Shown here piece after piece: positions 56,496 through 64,000 of a stretch of 64,000 bases of DNA (position 1 is the stretch's first letter; each line of letters opens with the position of its first letter). The notes beneath the pieces were generated by a model. That model was not told where the DNA came from. It searched no databases and saw only the letters and a program-made list of their open reading frames with translations. Source of the stretch: Chrysomallon squamiferum (taxonomy: Eukaryota > Animalia > Mollusca). Both the position numbers and the translations under genes were made by a program. The stretch lies in the NCBI GenBank assembly GCA_012295275.1, contig CM022671.1, positions 14,880,001 to 14,944,000 of the forward strand. Reading direction: 5' to 3'.

Positions 56496-59194
56496 ATGGT
56501 TTACTAAAACTGTTTAAAGAATTATGTCTATTTACTCTGTTGGCTAGGGATTCATTAATTTTGTTGACAATCCATGTAAAAAGACGATCATAAATTCCTT
56601 TTCCTAAAGCATCCCTGGCGTACAGAGACTGTTCTTTGTTTAGTGGGGTTTGAACCTGAAATCAAAACACAAGCTGCTGAAAATAGGAAGTTTGTAATAC
56701 AGGGTGACAAAAATATCACTTATCTATTATATTACTAAAAAATAAAAAATAAAAAATAATAAATTATAGTCAAAAATAAATAAATGAAATAACAAGTGAT
56801 TAACAAAAAATACATGATTTAAAAAAAAAAATAATAATAAGAGTAAAATGCATATTATGAATGCTCTTAAAACCCACTTTTTGACCAAAATATAATCCTC
56901 TGTTATTAAAAGCTATTGTGACACAAATACAGTTCTTTTAGTTTTTTTTAATTTTATAATGTATATATATATATATATATATAAAAACAATATAAAAAAT
57001 AAAATTCTTAATAATAATAAGAAAGAATGTTAGGAAAAAAAAAATATTTATATATATATATTTCTAATTTTAGATGAAATTTATTTTAAAATGTGTTATA
57101 TGTTTACAAAAAAAAGACTTCAGGTTAATCTCTGTTACAATATATTTGTGATGTTATGATAAAAGACTAAATACACTTTGTAACCATTCTTTGATAACAA
57201 TAAATCATTACATATAGAATGTTTTTTTGTTGTTTTTTTTCATATATAAAAATGAAAAACAAATAAATAATAAAAAAGTAAATAAATAAATAAACAAAAA
57301 TAAACAGAAAAATTAAACCACTTCACAAATATGCCACATATCCCTGAAGGATATATTTTTACAAAATAACATAAAAATGGCTGCTCTCATTGAATCACGT
57401 TTATTTAGCATCAAATGATTTTGAAAGTAAATAAAATAATCATTTGAAAGTGCACGATCACTTGGAAGTGTTCAGGCTATTTGTTCAAAACACTATACAG
57501 TGCACAAGAGCATCCTGTCTCACCTTATCACCTTTAGCGTCTATGGTTCGATACTGCAGTGAGGCTTTCAGAACATTCTCATTACAACCCAGCAGCTGAA
57601 AGTCAAACCAAAAAATTGTTTATTAATAACATGTTAGTAATGTTATTAACATAGATAACACATGTTTAATTATAACATGTTTAAACCATTTTGACTAAAA
57701 AAAGTAAATTTCAGTTTTTCCAGTTTCAAATTAAAATAACAAGAAATGATTTTTTTTAAATAGTTGACTCTTTTTAAATGGCCCAAACAAGCACTTTTTG
57801 GTTTATTATTCAAATAAATTAATACTGTTTTATTTTATTTTCAAGGAAAGAAAAAAAATCAAGATACTGAACTTATTCATAATAACAAGAAAAGAAAAAC
57901 AGTTAAATGGACATATTTTAATATTTTAATGTTAAATGTAAATGTCACAACCTTTCCAATAACCTGGAGACTCTGGCTGTCTTCAAGTTTGACAAGTCCA
58001 TCATCTGACTCTTGGTAGACTAGATTTCCAAGATGGAGGACTGAGCCAATTATTGAAAGTAAATCCTAAAATTTAAAAAAACATAATGATAATAATAATA
58101 TTCCTGCCAAACTGATTAAACTCATTGCAGATAAACAATTTTTAAGAATAAATATTCAAATTATGAAGTTCAGATCTAAACACTTAACAAAAATTGTTTT
58201 ATCTTATAAACAGAATGAAAGCTATGAAAAAGAATTATCCTTTATTAATAATAATGTATAAAAGACACTCTCTCACTTTATCTATCTGCCTGCTAACAAC
58301 ACACACACATACACACACACACACATACACACACTCAAAATTTAATTTAAAAAGTAACTGTTTTAACTGATTATATATATATTTTTTGTAATAAATGAAC
58401 TATTTATAACATTCTTGTGAAGAAACTACAAAATAAAAAAAAAAAAAAAAAAAAATAAAATATTTTCAGTTTTTAACTCTTAAAACATTTAAGCTAACAC
58501 AAAAAACATAAACAACTTGCATCTTTCTCTCTTTGAGAAAAGTCACATATATCCATTGCATTTTTCACCATTTTAAAATTATGCTGATCATCCACTGTGT
58601 CAACTTGGAAACTGCTACCCTAAAGAGAGGTGCAAAGAGCAAAATTTTAAAATCTATGAAAAAAAACAAAAGACCTGATATATATAATTTTCATGAAAAT
58701 CAGTATATTCTTACACTTGCTTCATCATCTCATTATTAATTTTGTGTTTTGGATTTAAAAGAAAAGAATAATAATAATAAAATTTATATATATTTACAGA
58801 ACTTTATCAATCTGATAAGTGAAGCACCATCTGATTGGTTTAAATTGACTATATTTTCTAAAGAAATGAAAACACACTGATTTAAACTGAACAAGGGTAT
58901 CAAAAAGTAAAGTATGAAATACACCCAAGTATTTTTGTTCAGCCATCACATTTAACTGCAGCATATTTAAACAGAAAATTGTTTTCAGTACTTCAAAACA
59001 GATTCAGTTTCTTAATGGCCCGAGAACTTGTCAAGTCATCAATTTAATTTTAAAAAAATAATAAAAATAATAAAATTGTATAAACATTTAAAGAACTTTA
59101 TCAAACTGTTAAATGAAACACTAGCTACCTGATTTAAACTGAAATGGTTTTTCTGGATTTTGAAACTGACTCAGATTCAGAACTTGTCATCTCA

Positions 59195-59229
<35 letters not shown>

Positions 59230-59762
59230 TATAACCATTCAGAGAATTTTATGAGACTGTTGAAGGAAGCTTTAACCACCTGATTTAAGTAGAAGTAGTG
59301 TTCAGGATTCTGAGACAGACCGAGTCTGTCGAGGAGCTGAGAATCTGCTCCTGACAGCAGCTGATAGAAAATGTGAAAGTTTCGCTCTCCTTCTGGTTGG
59401 TGGATGACTCGCGACTTCTCCAGCAGATAGTTCAGTATGTGACCTCCTACAGGAGCTCCCTGTTTTATACAACATAACCATTTAATGATTTGTTTATAAT
59501 TATGATACAACTATGTACAATGTTATTTCTGTGAAAATGTGCTATACAGCAGATAGTTCAGTATGTGACCTCCAACAGGAGCTCCCTGTTTTAAACAACA
59601 TTTGTTTATCATGTATTTTTCTGTTATAATATTTATATAGTTCAAACAATTTTTTAATTCATGTATTTGTTATATATATTTATACAAACACTTTAATGAT
59701 TTGTTAATATTTACTCAATATATATATATATATAATTAGATGTGTGTGTATGTTTGGTGTGC

Positions 59763-59807
<45 letters not shown>

Positions 59808-60961
59808 AGTGTATACATACATACATATATATATAATTGTCTACAAACATTTGAGAGATGATAATGTATTTCTGTGTCATTACAAATAAATATAAATATT
59901 TGTATAATAATTAAAGCATTTCTCCATCACTTTGTATTCACATAAGTATGTTTGTGTATGTATGAAACATGTTTAGTTTTTCTTCCCAAAAGCATTAAAT
60001 TTAAAGTTTTGAAAATGTGTTACATGTTGGATCTTTTTACTTTTCTTGTTTAATGCATTTTAAATGAAAATATAGGTATTTCTTTCTTCTGTGTTCTGTG
60101 TTGTAAAATGCATGAAATAACTAATCAGGCCTACACACCTTATAATCAAACTGGATGTCCATGTATTTTCCAAATCTGCTTGAGTTATCATTTCTGTTTG
60201 TTTTTGCATTTCCAAAGGCCTGAAATAAATGTTTTAAAAATACAAGGGTTTTTTCATTTTTTTTTTCATAATACTAATAATTATTTTTTAAACTATAATT
60301 TCCTGAAAACAAATTGATATAATTTAACTTTTAAGATCTTCATAATTTGCTGTATGTTTAGTTGAATTCTCTATTAGATGAGTTTGGGAATTTTTTGTAT
60401 AATTCTGATCTGTCTAGTTTTAAGCTAAGTCTGTATCTTTGTTACAAACTGAATAAATTCTTTTCCATAAAATATGAAAAAAAATTATACTAAAACTAAA
60501 ATATTTTATGTAATACAGCTTTAAAACAGTAACAGAATTAAACATACAATAATAATAACAATTTTTAATATTTTAATGTAATTTACTTCAGAACACATTT
60601 GCTGTATGATTTTAATAACATTTAAAACAGGGTTTTCTTGTGCAATTTTATTTTAATAATTTTTTAATATGTTTTTATTTTATTTTGAACATTGCATGTT
60701 GTACTTAAAGAGTAGTTTCCACATCTTTACAGTTTCTGCCTGACAGATGTTTTATGTGATACCTCGAGGATGGGGTTGGAGTTCAGAAGTCTCTCTTTAA
60801 TCCGGTCAACCTGGGAGGAGTGAGTGCTGCTGGCAGCAATGTACTGAAGAATCTTCTTTGACGCTTCTGTCTTACCAGAACCCGATTCTCCAGAAATCAG
60901 CACACAGACGTCGCAGTTATCTCCCCTCATAGTTCGATAAGCAGCATCAGCAATAGCGAAC
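44275..60961 (-). CDS. MYO1C: Unconventional class I myosin (MYO1C/MYO1H-like, Myo61F-type); ~28 exons visible from 60763-60961 to 44275-44295; N-terminal exons outside the window; apparent 1-nt frameshift near 47190
   Basis: P-loop [12 protein letters not shown], switch [10 protein letters not shown], switch [35 protein letters not shown] motifs ([24 protein letters not shown]), TH1 tail [12 protein letters not shown], and end KAKNGHLFV|TAPPLG*. Short tail with no SH3 domain. Confidence 0.92.
45227..46716 (-). repeat. 40-bp minisatellite, ~37 copies, whose unit is the MYO1C 3' splice site plus the first 13 exon bases
   Basis: Plus-strand unit ~CTTGTCATAATCCCTGTATGATAAAAACATCAAGTATTAA reads TTAATACTTGATGTTTTTATCATACAG|GGATTATGACAAG on the minus strand. 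The terminal copy is the real acceptor of exon 45169-45239. Confidence 0.95.
46770..47105. repeat. Degenerate ~20-25 bp minisatellite (ATAGAACATGTAACAGTATGG-like) in the same MYO1C intron
   Basis: Recurrent tgtaacagtatgga / tgtaacaggatgga units. Confidence 0.8.
51532..51915. mobile_element. MITE (Tc1/mariner-pogo-like), ~384 bp, in a MYO1C intron
   Basis: TIRs CAGGTACCAGTCCATTTATCTGTCTC (51532) and CAGGCACCAGTCCATTTGTCTGGCTC (reverse complement ending 51915) match at 23/26. TA on the right flank, CA on the left. Confidence 0.8.
53045..53183. repeat. (TG)n-rich microsatellite; a (CA)n run follows at ~53335-53438
   Basis: Directly visible dinucleotide runs. Confidence 0.9.
54921..55003. repeat. 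(TG)n microsatellite
   Basis: Directly visible dinucleotide run. Confidence 0.92.
58066..58520 (-). other. GC-AG intron in MYO1C
   Basis: Exon 58521-58619 ([33 protein letters not shown], 33 aa) ends at GAT|GCAAGT and joins DLLSII in phase 0. There is no in-phase GT nearby, and the length matches the equivalent human MYO1C segment as I recall it. Confidence 0.75.
59547..59601 (-). repeat. 55-bp duplicate of a MYO1C acceptor plus exon start (source 59421-59475)
   Basis: cagcagatagttcagtatgtgacctcc(t/a)acaggagctccctgtttta(t/a)acaacat occurs twice, 126 bp apart, with 2 mismatches. Confidence 0.92.
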
Positions 60962-62665
60962 CTAAAAAAAGTTAATTTGAAAATAAATAGATTAAACTGA
61001 ATTAAATTAAATTAAAATTAAATTTTTTTTTTTTTTTTTTTTTTTTTTGAATTGAAATTTAAAAATTTACCAGTAATGAAATTAATTTTATTAACTGTAT
61101 ACTGGGCAAGCCAAACATGGTCTCTGATTTCCAGGGGTTTTTTTTTCATTGTTTTGGGGTTTTTTTTTGACTCTGTATTAATTTTGGGGAATCATGTTGT
61201 TAATAATTGTCTTGCAAATTAAGTGAATTAATGATTAGATAAACATGACATAAATTTATTTCACTGTTCTTGTACACTGAAATACAAATGACAAACAAAC
61301 AAATGATAGAAAATGAGCACTCTTCTGTGTCATCTTGTACACATATTTACCTATTAAAATTCAACGTTATAATTTATAAATACAGCCAGACTACATATAA
61401 GTATTTACAAATATTAACAACATGATATGTAAATATGCTACTGTTATATAACAAGTTTTATTCCTGAAGGTGAACAGTATATGAGATCATTATCTCACAT
61501 ATTAATGAAATCAAGCTCAGTTATGCTAAATATAAACACTTGTATATTACAAATTAGTTAAGAAAGTATTTTAGAAAAAAAAAAAAAAAAAAAATATTAT
61601 AAAATAACCCCAATAATCACCAGTGTTAGGTATTTAAAAATAAATTTCCTTCTCCTATTTCTAAACAGAGAGGATTTAATGTTTTATCAATGTACATATA
61701 GTTTACAACACATCATATCCTTTTCATGGAATAGTAAAATAATATCAGTTTTCAAAATACTAAAGGTGATTTGCAGTGGAGTGGAGAGTAAGAGACATAA
61801 GGAAGGGGAATTAATGGATGTCTGCTTGTCTCAGTTAAATGGATTTAACACAAGTACTTGCATGACTGAAAAATTAATCCATATCTAGCAGAAATTATTT
61901 TTTTATTCATCACTCTTCAACAATTCAAAGTATCAAACAAGTATCAAAGTACTATATTACCACCAGTTATTTATCTTTTAGTATTGTTATTATTATTTTA
62001 ATTATTTATTTTTTTTTTTTATTTTTACTAAACAAAATTCCACTCTGTGTGTTAAATGCATGACCACCCACTGAATGCATTATGAAGATTTATGGCTGCA
62101 CACTGCAGAAATCAGTGCAGACTCAATTATGTTTGGCCATTTAATTCAGTTTGTTTTTGTCCTTTTTCAAGTTCATTTTATATGAAATAATAAATTAAGC
62201 CCTTGATGCATTGTACTACTTAATAGAACTGAATATTTTTTCTGCATGACAGATTCTTTTTCAGCCTGATGGACTCTATTACAAAACTGCTTGACTGGTG
62301 CACACTCCCATTATACCAGTTGAATGGTGTATATTATTTTCACTGAACAAAGAGCATAGTAATAAATAAATGTTTATTGTAGCTTGAATTTTTTTTTAAT
62401 TTTTTTTTTAAATGATACAGAAACTAAAGGAAGCTTTATTGTGTTACATTTGTAAAAATGTACCAAACAAAGCAAGGTTTCTGATTTTAACAGCTTGACT
62501 GTCAACGTTATGCATTTTGCAAATGTACTGTTTCTTTCAATATACATTTCTTCTTCTGGGTTTCAATTAATTAAAAAGATTTTTTATGTTTTTATTGCAT
62601 GACACTTATCTGCCATATAAGTGTAAACACACATACACACAGACACACTCTTATACACACAAACA

Positions 62666-62707
<42 letters not shown>

Positions 62708-62850
62708 GAAACATACTTCTACACCCAAAAAGACAAACATATACACGTTAGGCTGTTTGAAAGAAATACCTAATAACTTAGTCTACCTGAGTTAAAAATA
62801 ATTTCAGTGCATAAAATCATTTACATTTTAGCTCTTCCATTTAGCTAATC

Positions 62851-62883
<33 letters not shown>

Positions 62884-64000
62884 TTCATTAAATCAAATAG
62901 TAAATTCTAATTAACACATATTTTTATTTCACTACGAACATTTAACGCAAATGAATATCCAGTCTATCGTGAATTTTGTTTGTCAGACATGATTATTATA
63001 AAAGGCCAGCCAATCAATAATACAGCCACAACAGGAAATATAAATGCATTTAGGGAAATGGTTTCATTGTAGCATTGTAACATTTTTTTCATATTTATTT
63101 CCCAGTAAAGGAAATGGTGCCATTGTTATTGTAGGATTTTTTCTTTCTTTCTCTTTTCTTTTTTTGTTTATTTATTTATTTATTAATTTTTTTGCTTTTG
63201 TATTTATATTCCACTAAATTTTGGTATGATGTATAAAAATGTTTCAGGAATTACAATGCAAATAAATGTGTGACAAACAGATGACGTCTGCTTATTGGTG
63301 CCATATCAAAATATTATCATTTTGAACAAATAGTCAGGTGTTAAATATATATATATATATATATTTATAATTATCAGTAATTTAATAGAATTATTATATT
63401 GTTATTATTATTATTATTATTATCAACATCATCATTTTTTTCATTGTTATTATTCATTTATTTTTATTTTTATTTTTTATTATTATTCTTTTTTTTTTTT
63501 TTGTTAGTGCATTGATAAGCTTGGATATTGCAAAAGCAAACAAAAACAGATTAATGAAAATTTCTGGTGGCTGTGACTTATAATATGTCTAATGTTTTGT
63601 TGTCATGGTTATCAGAATCTGAAATGACATTTCTAAGTTAATCTAATTTTTATCTGCAAATAAAAAAATAATGATCATTTCAAAAATGCCATAGAAGTGC
63701 TAAAATGTAAATGATTTTATGCACTGAAATTATGTTTAACTGAGGTAGACTAAGTTATTAAGTATTTCTTTCAAACAGCCTAATGTGTATATGTTTGTCT
63801 TTGTGTGTGTACAAGTATGTATCTGTTTGTGTGTGTGTGTGTGTTTGTGTTTTTGTGTTTACGTGTATAAGTGTGCGTGTGTGTGTGTGTGTGTTTTTAC
63901 AATTATATGGCAGATAAGTGTCATGCAATAAAAAATCAAAAAATCTTTTTTAAATAATTGAAACCCAGAAGCAGAAATGTATATTGAAAGAAACAGAACA

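Noticed and set aside
60962-64000. Search for the next upstream MYO1C exon or another gene
   Set aside because: No myosin-like (NPY...PPH) or other coding sequence recognised; treated as intron.

Overview
AT-rich, microsatellite-rich, intron-containing animal genomic DNA, probably a lophotrochozoan such as a gastropod mollusc (inference only). I reconstructed seven spliced genes by reading exons and splice boundaries by eye: the 3' half of UFD1 (+), MRM3/RNMTL1 (-), GLOD4 (+), MTFP1 (-), RPA1 (-), merlin/NF2 (+) and most of a class I myosin, MYO1C-like (-, 5' end outside the window). There are also three well-supported non-autonomous DNA transposons, several minisatellites and two GC-AG introns. 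Four things stand out. (1) Local duplications repeatedly straddle exon/intron junctions and clone splice sites; the largest is about 37 tandem 40-bp copies of a MYO1C 3' splice site. (2) A 1-nt frameshift in the upstream MYO1C exon would be exactly repaired by using the nearest cloned acceptor. (3) Short insertions in RPA1 introns match sequence elsewhere in the same gene. (4) All seven genes have human orthologues at only 17p13.3 or 22q11-12, including the head-to-head MRM3/GLOD4 pair. Exon coordinates were read manually and may be off by a few bases. Most short ORFs in the supplied track are artefacts.
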